Shown here piece by piece: positions 1 to 10,323 of a stretch of 55,868 nt of DNA (position 1 is the stretch's first letter; every line of letters starts with the position of its first letter). A program made the translations under genes and the position numbers. The notes below the pieces were generated by a model. It saw only the letters and a program-made list of their open reading frames with translations. It made no database searches and was not told the origin of the DNA. The stretch lies in IMG/VR virus record IMGVR_UViG_2645727563_000002, positions 1-55,868 of that record, one strand, 5' to 3'. Source of the stretch: a virus. Its lineage: Duplodnaviria > Heunggongvirae > Uroviricota > Caudoviricetes.

Positions 1-5
1 TTTTC

Positions 6-302
6 TTATGCTTTCCTGCGCAGAGGCGCACACTTATTCAGCAATAATAAATGTAATTCTTTGTTATCCCTAAGTATTTCGACACACCAATATCGTAACG
101 TGTTCACTTCAAGTGTAGCCAGCACCTTATGTCGAAGTCCTCCCTCCCCTGCACATAACGATGGCCGACATTCTGCTAAGGCACATAACCATGTATTGGC
201 ATCATAGAGAATCCAATAATGCTCCTCTGAAATAGTTTTGCATCCAATTATTTCGAATCTTCGTTCTATCGTTTCAGGAGAGTATGAAAAATCAATTTCC
301 AT
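6..302 (-). CDS. hypothetical protein (98 aa)
   Basis: Intact ORF beyond the terminator at 343-368; no recognisable motif. Confidence 0.3.
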   Translation of the reverse strand: MEIDFSYSPETIERRFEIIGCKTISEEHYWILYDANTWLCALAECRPSLCAGEGGLRHKVLATLEVNTLRYWCVEILRDNKELHLLLLNKCAPLRRKA

Positions 303-342
303 AATATGCTCAAAATTTCGCTATACCGGCATAATTTAAGCA

Positions 343-368
343 CAAAAAAGCTCCCGTAGGAGCTTTAA
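343..368 (-). terminator. rho-independent terminator closing the structural operon
   Basis: Hairpin agctcc-cgta-ggagct flanked by A/T runs, directly 3' of the 386-895 gene. Confidence 0.5.
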
Positions 369-385
369 AATACAAGGGGTGACTC

Positions 386-895
386 TTAATCCCACTCAAT
401 CCAGTTGTAGACGATACGAAGTGACGGGCGCACAGCGGCAGTCACATCTTCGGTACTAAAGTCGATTGCATCACTGTAGATTTTGCAGTCCAACATTTCA
501 ATTGTTGTAGCAGCTTTTGTCACAGCGTTAACCCCGGAAGATTTGGATTCAGGGGTCGCAGCCATCGTGATATCAACATAGTCCTTCGCCGCAATGCGAT
601 CTTTAATGAACTGAAGAATATCGCCTTCGATAGTCTCCACGCACTGGACCTGGATTTCCCCGGAGTTACGGATTGGACCGTGCTGGTTGAACTTCACACC
701 ATTCGGACCATAGTCCTCCACATCCTCGCGGGTCATTTCAGGAATTTGCGACGTGCGAACCAGTACGCTGATATCTTCATGGCCTGCAAAAGTGAGCTGG
801 AATTCAGAAGATACCAGTCGTTCGCCTTTGGCCGCGTTGGCAGTATAGCGGCCCTTAATAAATTTACGGTTTCCCTTAGTGTTATTGTGCCCCAT
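386..895 (-). CDS. putative tail tube-like protein (169 aa)
   Basis: Size and C-terminal ...YNWIEWD resemble T4 gp19-type tube proteins; last gene of the sheath operon. Confidence 0.45.
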   Translation of the reverse strand: MGHNNTKGNRKFIKGRYTANAAKGERLVSSEFQLTFAGHEDISVLVRTSQIPEMTREDVEDYGPNGVKFNQHGPIRNSGEIQVQCVETIEGDILQFIKDRIAAKDYVDITMAATPESKSSGVNAVTKAATTIEMLDCKIYSDAIDFSTEDVTAAVRPSLRIVYNWIEWD

Positions 896-906
896 ATAAA
901 ATCCTT

Positions 907-1488
907 TTACTGGAACGCCCGAACAATATCGGAGCTGTTATATATCGAAGAACCGGTCAACTGGAGGTTGACGGTGTTTTTCAGGAAATGCCCATTGCTG
1001 TCCCTGGGCGCATCGAGATCGAAACTTATGTCCTGGATAGCGACATCAATGATGTTGATCCGGCGACCAATGTTTAGCGTCACGCGCTCCGGGATTCGAC
1101 CACCAATACTGGCATCTTTAAGTTCCGGGCTAATCATCGCTGACAATGCGGCGATAGCTCCTGAAACCTCCGTGAATGGGTCAAACAAAGCGATGAAAGT
1201 TACTGGCAGCGTGAAAGTCGGCGGTGTTCCCCCTTCCCAAACCATTAAGCTGTTCCAACGGGCAACCGACGTTGTTTCAGTACCAACCTGCGCAAAACCA
1301 CTGAAGGCACCAGCAACAGATCCCATGGACATACCGGTAAACGGCGCTTCCCAATTCTGGGCCATGTTCATTGCCGCCCCCTGGCTGATATATCCGGTAA
1401 CCTGGTACTGAGAGTTCGTTAAAGTAACTTTCAGAAATGGCGATACACCGTCAGCCTGGCTGTAAACCCCATAAGGAATAGGTGCCAT
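907..1488 (-). CDS. virion structural protein, function unknown (193 aa)
   Basis: Tightly packed in the sheath/tube operon; no diagnostic motif. Confidence 0.45.
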   Translation of the reverse strand: MAPIPYGVYSQADGVSPFLKVTLTNSQYQVTGYISQGAAMNMAQNWEAPFTGMSMGSVAGAFSGFAQVGTETTSVARWNSLMVWEGGTPPTFTLPVTFIALFDPFTEVSGAIAALSAMISPELKDASIGGRIPERVTLNIGRRINIIDVAIQDISFDLDAPRDSNGHFLKNTVNLQLTGSSIYNSSDIVRAFQ

Positions 1489-1523
1489 TCAAGTTAAAGG
1501 CCGGAGTTCTCCGGCCTCCTCCT

Positions 1524-2339
1524 TTAGCCAAGGCGCTTACGGCGCAGTTTCATTGACTTTTTGCGGGCAAGTTTTGCCGCGCCGGTCTGGGCTTTTCGAC
1601 GCGCTTTTTTCAGCGCCGATTTTTGAGCCGCAGTCAGACGTTTTTTACGCAGGCGTTTACGGATGAGTTTGATCTCACCGTTACGAACAACCTTCTTAAA
1701 TGCTTCAGTCAGCATTTCATCAGAAGTGCCAGCAACAACAAACGCCGCTTCCAGTTCGTCGCGGTCGTCGCTATCTAAACCAGCGATAGAGGCACCAACA
1801 TCAGCAGCTGCGTCGTCGTCTTCATCGTCAGCCAGTGCTTCGATCAGGTCATCATCTACACCGCATGCTGCGAGGAAGTCAGCAACATTTGCCCATGCTT
1901 CGTTATAGGCATCGTCCTGTTCTTCTGTAACTTCGGAGTCGTCGTCATCAGAGATACCAGCGATAGCCTGAACGAAACCATCAAGGGAGTCGAAAGTCAG
2001 ATCACCGCTATCAGCCCAGGCGAAAACGGCGTCGGCCGCATCACTCAACGCATTTTGCATAGCACTTCGATTTGCAGCTTCCAGAATCATCTGGTGCGCC
2101 TGTTCGACGGTCCATTCTTTACCGTCTTTCCCTTCCAGGATTTGCTCAGGAGCCTGGGCAGATGGAACGTTATCGTTAGTCTGTGCCGCCGGTTCCGGAT
2201 TATTATTAATAACCGGATCTGTTGGCGGTTCAGCGCTTGCTCGGGCAGACTCCATCAGCTGCACAGGATCAGAGTTCAAAGCGAAACGAGACAGTCCATT
2301 CCCCAAAAATGCCCCGGATTGAAAAAAGTTTTTGCTCAT
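1524..2339 (-). CDS. acidic protein with Lys/Arg-rich C-terminal tail (271 aa)
   Basis: Long Asp/Glu-rich core followed by ...KLIRKRLRKKRL...RRKRLG; between sheath and tube-like genes. Confidence 0.45.
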   Translation of the reverse strand: MSKNFFQSGAFLGNGLSRFALNSDPVQLMESARASAEPPTDPVINNNPEPAAQTNDNVPSAQAPEQILEGKDGKEWTVEQAHQMILEAANRSAMQNALSDAADAVFAWADSGDLTFDSLDGFVQAIAGISDDDDSEVTEEQDDAYNEAWANVADFLAACGVDDDLIEALADDEDDDAAADVGASIAGLDSDDRDELEAAFVVAGTSDEMLTEAFKKVVRNGEIKLIRKRLRKKRLTAAQKSALKKARRKAQTGAAKLARKKSMKLRRKRLG

Positions 2340-2348
2340 TGTATTCCC

Positions 2349-3938
2349 TTACTTAATAAGCAGCGGTACGCCCTGGATACGACGGGCTACGCCAGTCGGG
2401 CAGCAGGCCCAGACTACTTCCCATTTATCGAATTCCGCCTGCGTAACTTTCAGCACATACGGTTCTGTACCGTCAGCATCAGGATCACGAGGAGCCACCA
2501 GAGCGCCGGAGGCGACAAAGCGATCTAAAAGTTTGGTCATCCCTTTAGTCAGGCCAGCCGCAGTAATACCGTCCGGGCTATGCTTCATCTGTCGGGCTAA
2601 CTGGACAAAGAAACGGCTGATTGCATTCATCAGGGATGGGACGTGCTGGAAGTGCAGATAGTTATCCTGCGTGCAGCAAGTTAAAGCATCGTCGATGATC
2701 ATCTGGCCAGAGGTGCCAACAGATACTTTATTGAGACGGCCCTTGACCATTGCTTCTTCGTCCGGGGTATCTTCCGGATACAGCGGTTGAATTGACGCAC
2801 GAGCAATGACGGCACGTTCTTCACCAGCCGGTGAGTAATGCCAACCGCCGACATCAGAGTTTTTCTTGACGCCACGAGCTTTCGCCGCATACGCCACGCC
2901 AGACAGACCAAAGACCACACGGGATTGGGTCCATTTGTCTTTGCAGGAGAACGGGTAGTGATAGACAGCACAGCTTACATAATCGGTACCAAGTAAACCG
3001 GTATCTTCAACAGCAGAGATCGCTTCCGTGTACGTCAATGTCGGTTTGACATCAAAGAAGCCATCAATCAGGCGATCTGCACAGATTTTACCTAATGCGG
3101 TGATAGCCGCATTGTCATAGCAGCCCAGGCCAAGAACAGCGGTGTACATGTACGGCGCATTATTCAGCACTTTAACCGCACGCAGGTACGCAGCGGTTGA
3201 GATTTTCGACTGATCGCCGTTGGTACCGCCAGTGAACGCCAACGATTTTTTGTTTGTTACTTTCGCTGTCGAAATCAGCTCTTCATTAACAACCGCGCGC
3301 AGATATTTAGAACGGGCTTCCAGAGCCGTAGGCAGATAACACAAGCGGCCCATGTCATCTTTCGCTTCTTCCGCCAAAGACACAGTGTGTGTCTCCAGGG
3401 TCGTTACCACGCCGAGCGAAGTCGTCTGGGTCAGTTTTAAGAGGAAGCGTTCATTACCCGCGCTGTCCGCTGTTGCCGTTTCGATGGTTAACTCACGGGT
3501 AGGTGAAATACACGGATCACCATCATCAACGTAGATAGCAAAGGCTTCGCCACTATCAAGTTCAATTTCAGAACCGTATGGCAACGCACTGTAAGCCGGT
3601 TCGCCTGATTCATCGAACATAATAATCGGGAACTTCGCATCATCCGGAACAGCGCGAACAACATAACCAGACGTTTGCTGAATAGCTTCGTATACATGGC
3701 GAATTGGTTCGAACTGTGAGCCGGAAGACGGCTTCAGCGGTTCGCCGAGAACATCTTCGTAATTGGACTCAGTAACCGCAAGAACAGTAAACGGCTTGCC
3801 ACGCGCAAATACGCCAATACCAGCCCATAAGCTGCTATTTAATGCAACACCGGTAGATAACGTCGCATCGGCATTGATCGGGCTAACCGCGACGCCGGAT
3901 GCATTACCTAATGACTGTTGAATTGAATATTGAGACAT
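2349..3938 (-). CDS. tail sheath protein (529 aa)
   Basis: Motifs GVAYAAKARG...GGWHYSPAG align with the conserved sheath core of P2 FI-type proteins; positionally equivalent to P1 gene 22. Confidence 0.6.
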   Translation of the reverse strand: MSQYSIQQSLGNASGVAVSPINADATLSTGVALNSSLWAGIGVFARGKPFTVLAVTESNYEDVLGEPLKPSSGSQFEPIRHVYEAIQQTSGYVVRAVPDDAKFPIIMFDESGEPAYSALPYGSEIELDSGEAFAIYVDDGDPCISPTRELTIETATADSAGNERFLLKLTQTTSLGVVTTLETHTVSLAEEAKDDMGRLCYLPTALEARSKYLRAVVNEELISTAKVTNKKSLAFTGGTNGDQSKISTAAYLRAVKVLNNAPYMYTAVLGLGCYDNAAITALGKICADRLIDGFFDVKPTLTYTEAISAVEDTGLLGTDYVSCAVYHYPFSCKDKWTQSRVVFGLSGVAYAAKARGVKKNSDVGGWHYSPAGEERAVIARASIQPLYPEDTPDEEAMVKGRLNKVSVGTSGQMIIDDALTCCTQDNYLHFQHVPSLMNAISRFFVQLARQMKHSPDGITAAGLTKGMTKLLDRFVASGALVAPRDPDADGTEPYVLKVTQAEFDKWEVVWACCPTGVARRIQGVPLLIK

Positions 3939-3998
3939 AACTTTCCCTGTTATGCGCCCCGCACGGGGGCGCTATGTTAAACGGAGAACTTCCCCTGA

Positions 3999-5726
3999 TT
4001 ACTCAGAGTCACCGGCATCAATCGTGTCGCCGCTAATGAAGTTAAGCCCGCCTTTTTTGGCCATTGTCAGCGTTACACGAGTGAAGTAATCAGCGCCGTT
4101 GCGTGGGTGCATATCGTTGATAGCCGAACCCCACAGCGTGGTACGGTTGACCAGCGCCGGAGTGGTCGGATGCTGGAACGGGATGGCCGGGACAGCATCA
4201 CCAGTCACGAAGCCTGCTTTACCCGGATTTTCATCACGGACGTAGCACAGCACATCCATCGAGCTGAACTGAATGTTCTCTGTCGTTAAGTTCTTACAAA
4301 TACCAGCAGGTACTTCGTACACTTTCACGTTACCGAACAGGGTACCGATGTAGTGAACATACGGAGTCTGGATATAGTCTTCGGCTGGCTGGAAGAAATC
4401 CTTCGGCAACTGTTTGAAGAAAGATGCTGCATCAGCACCAGCAAACATCCCCATCGCACCAGAAGATTTAACGCGCTCAATAATGTCGCGATATACAGTC
4501 TGGAATTTGCCACGAATGATGGTTGCCCATACATCAAAGGACTGGTTAACCGGCAGAGCGATGTCAAAGGTGTCGGTCGCAAGAGTACGCCAGATCATGA
4601 TGCGAAGACGCAGCATATCCTGTTCATGAGACAGGTATTCCTTCAGGGTGCGGAACTGTAGGGAACCCAGGTCCAGACCAAATTCACGCTGTGCTTCATA
4701 CGCCGCCTGTACCGTGTGCTCAGCCGCGATAACGAACTGGCTTGGGAACAGGGTGTATTTCTTCATTTCGTGGTTGATCAGCGGGATCAGCTCAGGAGCG
4801 GCTTCAATATTGATTTCCGTCTCAATTGCGATCTCAGTGCCTTTATCCGGCGCTTTGGAGAACGACAGGGCAATCTGACCAATGTTGTAGTTCAGAGAGC
4901 AGGTAACAGTGATTTGCTCACCAGCAGCATTAGTAAACGAGTGAAGTAGGCTGCCGGAACCGTTATCAACAACAGACTTAATACGGTTAACGTAGATGTT
5001 AGTGCGACCTTTTCGGATTGGTACATTCTGGCCTTCGAAGTCTTCCATCTTGAAGGTTGCGGTTTTGCTGGTGCCATCGGAGCTTGCCACCAGCACATAG
5101 CGGCGACGTAACTGGCTGTACACACCGACGGATTGCATGTCCAGAACATCACCAGCAGCATAAGAACCAAAAGAGGAACCTGCCACGTTAAAGACTTCAT
5201 AGATGTCGGACTGGTCACGCGTAACCGGAATGAAGGTACACGCATCAGCGGTAGCTGCCCCCAACTGAACAGGCAGGATCATCGCGAGGAATAAAGGCAG
5301 ACGCATAACACCGTCAGAAACGCTCATCATCTCTGCTGCGACGGATTCCAGCATCGCTTTATTAGTGGCATCCATGCTATTGCGGGTGGACTCAATCAGG
5401 CAGTTTTCCAGCGTCTGGTGGCAGGAGGCCAGAATTTCCGGACGCGGCATAGATTTATGTGCTGCGGCGTAGTCAGCCAGTGCACTTGCCCACGCTGTAG
5501 CGATTTGAGCGGTGGCATTATCAGAGATACCCGCAAAAACCGGGTCTTTACGTGCAGCTTCAAGGATAGATGCGGCACGCGCGGCATCATCTTTAATGAA
5601 TTGGTTATCAGTACCGAACTGCGCAGTGCTTGCCCAGCCAAGCACAGCTTTAGAGCGTTTTGCGATATCTGCAATACGATTCTGGTATTCGCGTAAGTTA
5701 CTCAATTTACTCTTCCTTAAACACAA
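3999..5726 (-). CDS. major capsid protein precursor (about 568-575 aa)
   Basis: Large structural ORF just downstream of parS, positionally equivalent to P1 gene 23; track start is TTG, a second TTG at 5705 has a better RBS (aggaag). Confidence 0.5.
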   Translation of the reverse strand: MCLRKSKLSNLREYQNRIADIAKRSKAVLGWASTAQFGTDNQFIKDDAARAASILEAARKDPVFAGISDNATAQIATAWASALADYAAAHKSMPRPEILASCHQTLENCLIESTRNSMDATNKAMLESVAAEMMSVSDGVMRLPLFLAMILPVQLGAATADACTFIPVTRDQSDIYEVFNVAGSSFGSYAAGDVLDMQSVGVYSQLRRRYVLVASSDGTSKTATFKMEDFEGQNVPIRKGRTNIYVNRIKSVVDNGSGSLLHSFTNAAGEQITVTCSLNYNIGQIALSFSKAPDKGTEIAIETEINIEAAPELIPLINHEMKKYTLFPSQFVIAAEHTVQAAYEAQREFGLDLGSLQFRTLKEYLSHEQDMLRLRIMIWRTLATDTFDIALPVNQSFDVWATIIRGKFQTVYRDIIERVKSSGAMGMFAGADAASFFKQLPKDFFQPAEDYIQTPYVHYIGTLFGNVKVYEVPAGICKNLTTENIQFSSMDVLCYVRDENPGKAGFVTGDAVPAIPFQHPTTPALVNRTTLWGSAINDMHPRNGADYFTRVTLTMAKKGGLNFISGDTIDAGDSE

Positions 5727-5763
5727 GGCACTTGTGTGAATCCCTTTTCGGAAGAGATTTTAT

Positions 5764-5786
5764 TGAAAGTCACTTGTTGACTTTCT
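5764..5786 (-). promoter_or_regulatory. candidate Lpa-dependent late promoter element upstream of the capsid gene
   Basis: Palindrome gaaagtcacttgttgactttc; on the transcribed strand reads TCAACAAGTGACTT + 4 nt + TAAAAT, the same architecture as three other sites in the window. Confidence 0.35.
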
Positions 5787-5839
5787 CGTGACAAGCAATT
5801 TTTTTATTTTTTTCGGGAGTAGGGGAGGAAGGTAAAATT

Positions 5840-5930
5840 CAAGGTGAAATCGTGGCGATTTCACCTTGAAATTTTAGAGAGATTTACTTTAAAAACAGTA
5901 GGTTAATAGTGAAATTTGAATGGCGAAAGT
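5840..5930. other. parS: parS partition centromere
   Basis: Heptamer boxes GTGAAAT/ATTTCAC and hexamer TGGCGA on both sides of an AT-rich (IHF-like) spacer, immediately 3' of parB. Confidence 0.6.
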
Positions 5931-6932
5931 TTAAGGCTTCGGCTTTTTATCGAGGCTCTTTCTAAGGATATGCCCAATCATCCTGTCGAGTTCTTCCTGT
6001 AGCTCTTTTGAAAGTCGATTAAACTCATAAGAAAATGCACGGCCTTTCACGCGCTTCCTTGCAAAGCGATCCTTGTCCTCAAATTTCCATAATTCAGTAA
6101 CTACGGACTTATCTTTAGAACCTTTATCCGTGAGTAGTGAGGCTTCCTTTGTTATCAAGCGCAGGATTTTATTTTTAACTTCATCTTCGGCCATTTCTTC
6201 AATGGATAAGATGTCGTTTATTTCCGGGGATATGTTTTGAATAAGCTGATCAAACTCTAAATTCTTGTTCCCCATTTCGTCGCCAACAGCACAAAGCGTT
6301 TTGTAGTCCGAAAAGGTCAATTCCGACTGCACAGGGAAAAGGGCGACTAATTCTTCCGGAGCACTCGCTGCCTGGAGAGCACGCGTGACCTTCGCCTGAG
6401 ATAGCCCTTCTTTGGCTGCAATATCCTTCTGACTCATCCCATCATTTTTCATTCGCATCAAACGCAGACCTATTTCTCGAATGCTGTGCTGCAATGCTGT
6501 CTGAACGTCTTTCGCTAAATTTTGCGCTTCCTGAACGCTGATCTCCTGGTCCGTGACTAAAACCCGCAACCCTACGTTCTCTAAGATGGCAGAAGCTCGA
6601 CGCCGGGAACCATCCAAAATTTCAATTTTCCCTGTAGCCCGTCTAACACCTATTGCAGGGTAAAATTGCTGATGCTTAATAGTGCTTCGGATACTTTTTA
6701 ATGATTTTGGCGTAAGAGATGCCTGGTCACGACCATTGTTATGCTGATCAACAAAGGTATCGCTTTCTACCTGATTCGGAGGTATTACCTCTTCAATAAA
6801 TGTGGCCTGGCGACCTGTTGATAACTTGAATACCTGCTCGACTCGATCGCCAGAGGCTGAAGAACTATCAAATCCGCTTAATATTGAAGGATTAAGGGTT
6901 CGCCCAATTGTTGGTCTGTTTTTCTTTGACAT
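5931..6932 (-). CDS. parB: partition protein ParB (333 aa)
   Basis: 333 aa, same length as P1 ParB; follows parA and precedes parS. Confidence 0.85.
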   Translation of the reverse strand: MSKKNRPTIGRTLNPSILSGFDSSSASGDRVEQVFKLSTGRQATFIEEVIPPNQVESDTFVDQHNNGRDQASLTPKSLKSIRSTIKHQQFYPAIGVRRATGKIEILDGSRRRASAILENVGLRVLVTDQEISVQEAQNLAKDVQTALQHSIREIGLRLMRMKNDGMSQKDIAAKEGLSQAKVTRALQAASAPEELVALFPVQSELTFSDYKTLCAVGDEMGNKNLEFDQLIQNISPEINDILSIEEMAEDEVKNKILRLITKEASLLTDKGSKDKSVVTELWKFEDKDRFARKRVKGRAFSYEFNRLSKELQEELDRMIGHILRKSLDKKPKP

Positions 6933-6948
6933 GGGGGTTTCTTACTCC

Positions 6949-8145
6949 TCAGTTAGATCTGATAAATTCAATACGGTCAAAAACTGCTTTAGCAAAATCT
7001 TCCGCGGCAATTCGCGCGTTCTTCAATGCATCAGCACTACCAACATACGTTGCCGGGTTAGCTGAAATAACAGTGTCAAAAGACTCGCCGCAGCGTTCAA
7101 AACCGTCAAGGCGAGGGAGGACAACATCAAGCATATCCCCACCGAACACTTCTTTAGCCAGGCTATGGCAATACTTATGGTCTGCCTTGTTACTCAACTT
7201 GGACATAAAACCAATGTTAGTTGCAAGCTGACACTCGCAGCCTTCATCCGAAATGAGTTTCACCAACTCAGGAAGGCGGGCAACGTATTTAAGCGATGAG
7301 TGGAAATCAACCGTTGCAGGCGGCAGAGGTGTAAACAGTATATTGGCCGAGGCCAAAGCATTTTTCAGGAAGGCATCAAGGTGAGGACCACTATCAACGA
7401 GGATAAAGTCATAATCGCTCTTCAGCTTATCAATCACATTTTCTTTCAGGACAGCATGGATGTTCTGACCCGGTAGATGCTCATTGCACAGCTCTCTCCA
7501 ATCGGATGCAATAAAGGCATCGTCAATCGACGCAGGCATAACGTCAACCCCAGGTACAACAGAAGGAACAATAAACTCCTCTAACAGCTCTTCACGGCTT
7601 ACATTCTGCAACATAGCCTGTGCAGATGTTGCGTTTACGATACCAATAGAGTGTTTATGGCTTAAAAACATCGTCGCTGAAGATTGCGGATCAAGGTCAA
7701 TAACCAGAATCCTTAAATCTTCCATCAGAAGATGAGGGTGGGCACGCATTGCATGCGCCAGAGAAACCGTCGATACAGTTTTTGACACACCGCCTTTAAG
7801 ATTGGAGATGAAAATCACATACGCTTCGCTGTAGCGATCCCGGTATTTTGGCACTCCGCGATGTTCATATATGTCAATGATGTTCTGAATTGACATCGCA
7901 TATTTCATTGAAGAGCCAGCAGGGCGTTTATCGAAAACATAACCCTTTTCTTCCATTTCACTTACGGCATAGTCAACGTTCGCTCGAGTCAGTAGAGGCA
8001 ATTTTGCCAGTGCCGCTTTCGCATAGACCTGGTAAAACTCGTTCGCGTGTAGCTCATCCTTTTGCAACTGTACTTGTTCAGTCAGAACATTGAGCATTCT
8101 GTTTGCTCTTTGAGCAACCTTGTGAAGCTGGCTGGAATCACTCAT
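6949..8145 (-). CDS. parA: partition ATPase ParA (398 aa)
   Basis: Deviant Walker A ISNLKGGVSKT; 398 aa as in P1 ParA. Confidence 0.85.
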   Translation of the reverse strand: MSDSSQLHKVAQRANRMLNVLTEQVQLQKDELHANEFYQVYAKAALAKLPLLTRANVDYAVSEMEEKGYVFDKRPAGSSMKYAMSIQNIIDIYEHRGVPKYRDRYSEAYVIFISNLKGGVSKTVSTVSLAHAMRAHPHLLMEDLRILVIDLDPQSSATMFLSHKHSIGIVNATSAQAMLQNVSREELLEEFIVPSVVPGVDVMPASIDDAFIASDWRELCNEHLPGQNIHAVLKENVIDKLKSDYDFILVDSGPHLDAFLKNALASANILFTPLPPATVDFHSSLKYVARLPELVKLISDEGCECQLATNIGFMSKLSNKADHKYCHSLAKEVFGGDMLDVVLPRLDGFERCGESFDTVISANPATYVGSADALKNARIAAEDFAKAVFDRIEFIRSN

Positions 8146-8284
8146 CGAAAGTCATCCTTTATGCTGTATTTTTGAATTTACTTAAAAATGCTGCATAAAA
8201 TAATAATGTATGCACAGATGCTTGTACATAGCATTCTCTGCATGTTTGGTTCATTTTGCACGATTGAGAGTTACAAGGAGGGCA

Positions 8285-8307
8285 CAAAAAAGCCCCGTTC
8301 AGGGGCA
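8285..8307 (-). terminator. rho-independent terminator
   Basis: Hairpin gcccc-gttca-ggggc with A-run on the plus strand (T-run on minus), 3' of the 8314-8574 ORF. Confidence 0.5.
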
Positions 8308-8313
8308 TCAGTG

Positions 8314-8574
8314 TTATTTGCTAAGAGCAGCGAATAATCGTTCGAAATCGATAGTATCTATAGCACGCGTAAGCGCCGGAAGTTCAGCCTCAAAGTACCC
8401 GTGTCGATCGTAAAAGAAGGGACCGAAGAGCGAGGCATGTTGGATTCTACTTCGCCCCAGCCCGGACACACAGTTAAGCCCATTACCGGCTAAAAGGCTA
8501 AAAAACTTCTCTGGATTATCGTGGTAAAGCTGGGAATCAATGGTGGCGGTTAACTCTTCCATAGGGAAGCACAC
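8314..8574 (-). CDS. hypothetical protein (86 aa), possibly the 3' remnant of an IS-interrupted gene
   Basis: GTG-initiated ORF abutting the IS left end, has its own terminator; reading frame is closed by a stop at 8596-8598. Confidence 0.3.
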   Translation of the reverse strand: MCFPMEELTATIDSQLYHDNPEKFFSLLAGNGLNCVSGLGRSRIQHASLFGPFFYDRHGYFEAELPALTRAIDTIDFERLFAALSK

Positions 8575-8671
8575 CCGCCCTGTATCCCAGGGATATTTAG
8601 CGAAAAACGCCGTAAACCCTCGCCCAATGCGGGCGGGGATATAAGGCGAAAAGCCCGCAGGGCTTTAAAGA

Positions 8672-9097
8672 TCAATCAGGTGTTGACTGACTCTGAACGT
8701 AGGCTCTGAGCGTTTCAATCGTTGCCCCTCCGGTGCTACAGACAAAGTACGATCTCGACCACAAAAGCCCCGTTTTACTCTGCATACGTAAATGCGCGTT
8801 CTGCTGGCGTAGCAAACGTGATGATACCGATTTTAAATTATTGACCATCACACTGACCGCCAGTTTTGGCGGGTAGGCCACCAGCAGGTGTACATGGTCT
8901 GGCTCCCCGTCCATCTCAATAATTTCGCATTCAAGCTTTGCCGCAGCGGAGCCAAAAGCCTCACGCAACTGAGCGATCATCTGACTGTCGAATAGTTTGC
9001 GTCGATACTTTGTCGTAAAAATAAGGTGCACAACCAGCTTACTGACACTGTGTCGTTTGCGGAGAAATCCCGCCAGTAAATCATCATGATTACTCAA
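8672..9097 (-). CDS. tnpA: IS200-type Y1 (HuH) transposase TnpA (141 aa)
   Basis: HuH motif HVHLLV and overall IS200 TnpA size/sequence. Confidence 0.8.
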   Translation of the reverse strand: MSNHDDLLAGFLRKRHSVSKLVVHLIFTTKYRRKLFDSQMIAQLREAFGSAAAKLECEIIEMDGEPDHVHLLVAYPPKLAVSVMVNNLKSVSSRLLRQQNAHLRMQSKTGLLWSRSYFVCSTGGATIETLRAYVQSQSTPD

Positions 9098-9153
9098 TTG
9101 ATATATTCACCTAAAGTGTTAAAATAAAAGCATTATATCAATGAGCGCTGACT

Positions 9154-10323
9154 ATGTTAAGAGCAACAAAAGTACGCATCTACCCGACACCAGAACAGGC
9201 TGAATTTATCAACGCCCAGTTCGGTGCAGTGCGTTTTGCGTACAACAAAGCTCTGCATATCAAGAAACATTCTTACCAGCGGCACCGCGTAAATTTAAAC
9301 CCGCGTAAAGACCTCAAACCACTGCTTGCAGTGGCGAAGAAATCCCGCCGGTATGGATGGCTTAAAGAATATGATTCTATTGCGTTGCAGCAGGCGGTAA
9401 TTAACCTCGACGTGGCTTTTTCTAACTTTTTCAATCCGAAACTGAAAGCAGGTAAACCTACCTTTAAAAGTAAACACGGCAGACAATCGAGCTATCATTG
9501 TGTTGGCATAAAAGTCCTTGATGGTGCGATAAAAATACCGAAAATCTTGCCGATTGAAGCGCGTTTACATCGTGAAATTACGGGAATGCTGAAAAGTATC
9601 ACGTTGAGCCGCAGCGCAACCGGGAAATACTACGCGTCGTTACTCTGTGACGACGGGATGGAAGCGCCGGCAAAGCCCGCACTGATATCAAATGTGACAG
9701 GGCTGGATATGGGGCTGGCGCATTTTGTCATCAAATCGGACGGCAATAAAATTGCCAGTCCCCGCCACCTAATCAATGCAAGTCGCAACCTGCGCCGGAA
9801 GCAGAAAGCACTGTCCCGTAAGAAAAAAGGGAGCGCAAACAGGCGCAAAGCCAGAATACAACTTGCAGCCGTTCACGAACGGGTAGCCAGTGCCCGTGCC
9901 GATTTCCAGCACAAGTTATCTCGCGCAATTGTTGACGAAAACCAAGCGGTAATTGTCGAGACATTGAAAACGGCAAATATGATGAAAAATCACCATCTGG
10001 CTCGTGCGATAGGCGATGCTGGATGGTCTGGATTCATCACAAAACTGGAATACAAAGCAGCAGAGAAAGGTGTGCATCTGGTGAAACTGGATCAATGGTT
10101 CGCCAGTTCGAAAACCTGCCACTGCTGCGGTCACAAAATGTCGGAGATGCCATTACATAAGCGCATCTGGCAGTGTCCAGAGTGTGGAGTTGAACATGAC
10201 CGCGATATCAACGCGGCGCTCAACATCAAACGCAAGGGCATACTGGAATTACAAGCGGCGGGACTCGTCGTTTCTGCCCATGGAGGCCAGCGTAAATCCG
10301 TCACACAGACGGTTGCGGCTTAA
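9154..10323 (+). CDS. tnpB: TnpB (IS605 OrfB-type RuvC-like RNA-guided nuclease, 389 aa)
   Basis: C-terminal zinc finger CHCCGH...CPECG and RuvC-like segments typical of TnpB. Confidence 0.8.
   Translation: MLRATKVRIYPTPEQAEFINAQFGAVRFAYNKALHIKKHSYQRHRVNLNPRKDLKPLLAVAKKSRRYGWLKEYDSIALQQAVINLDVAFSNFFNPKLKAGKPTFKSKHGRQSSYHCVGIKVLDGAIKIPKILPIEARLHREITGMLKSITLSRSATGKYYASLLCDDGMEAPAKPALISNVTGLDMGLAHFVIKSDGNKIASPRHLINASRNLRRKQKALSRKKKGSANRRKARIQLAAVHERVASARADFQHKLSRAIVDENQAVIVETLKTANMMKNHHLARAIGDAGWSGFITKLEYKAAEKGVHLVKLDQWFASSKTCHCCGHKMSEMPLHKRIWQCPECGVEHDRDINAALNIKRKGILELQAAGLVVSAHGGQRKSVTQTVAA

Noticed and set aside
1663-1908. Ser/Ala-rich plus-strand ORF (81 aa)
   Set aside because: Low-complexity frame opposite the GAC/GAT-rich acidic protein gene on the minus strand
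4107-5739. Multiple plus-strand ORFs of 60-100 aa overlapping the capsid gene
   Set aside because: Embedded antisense frames in a long structural gene
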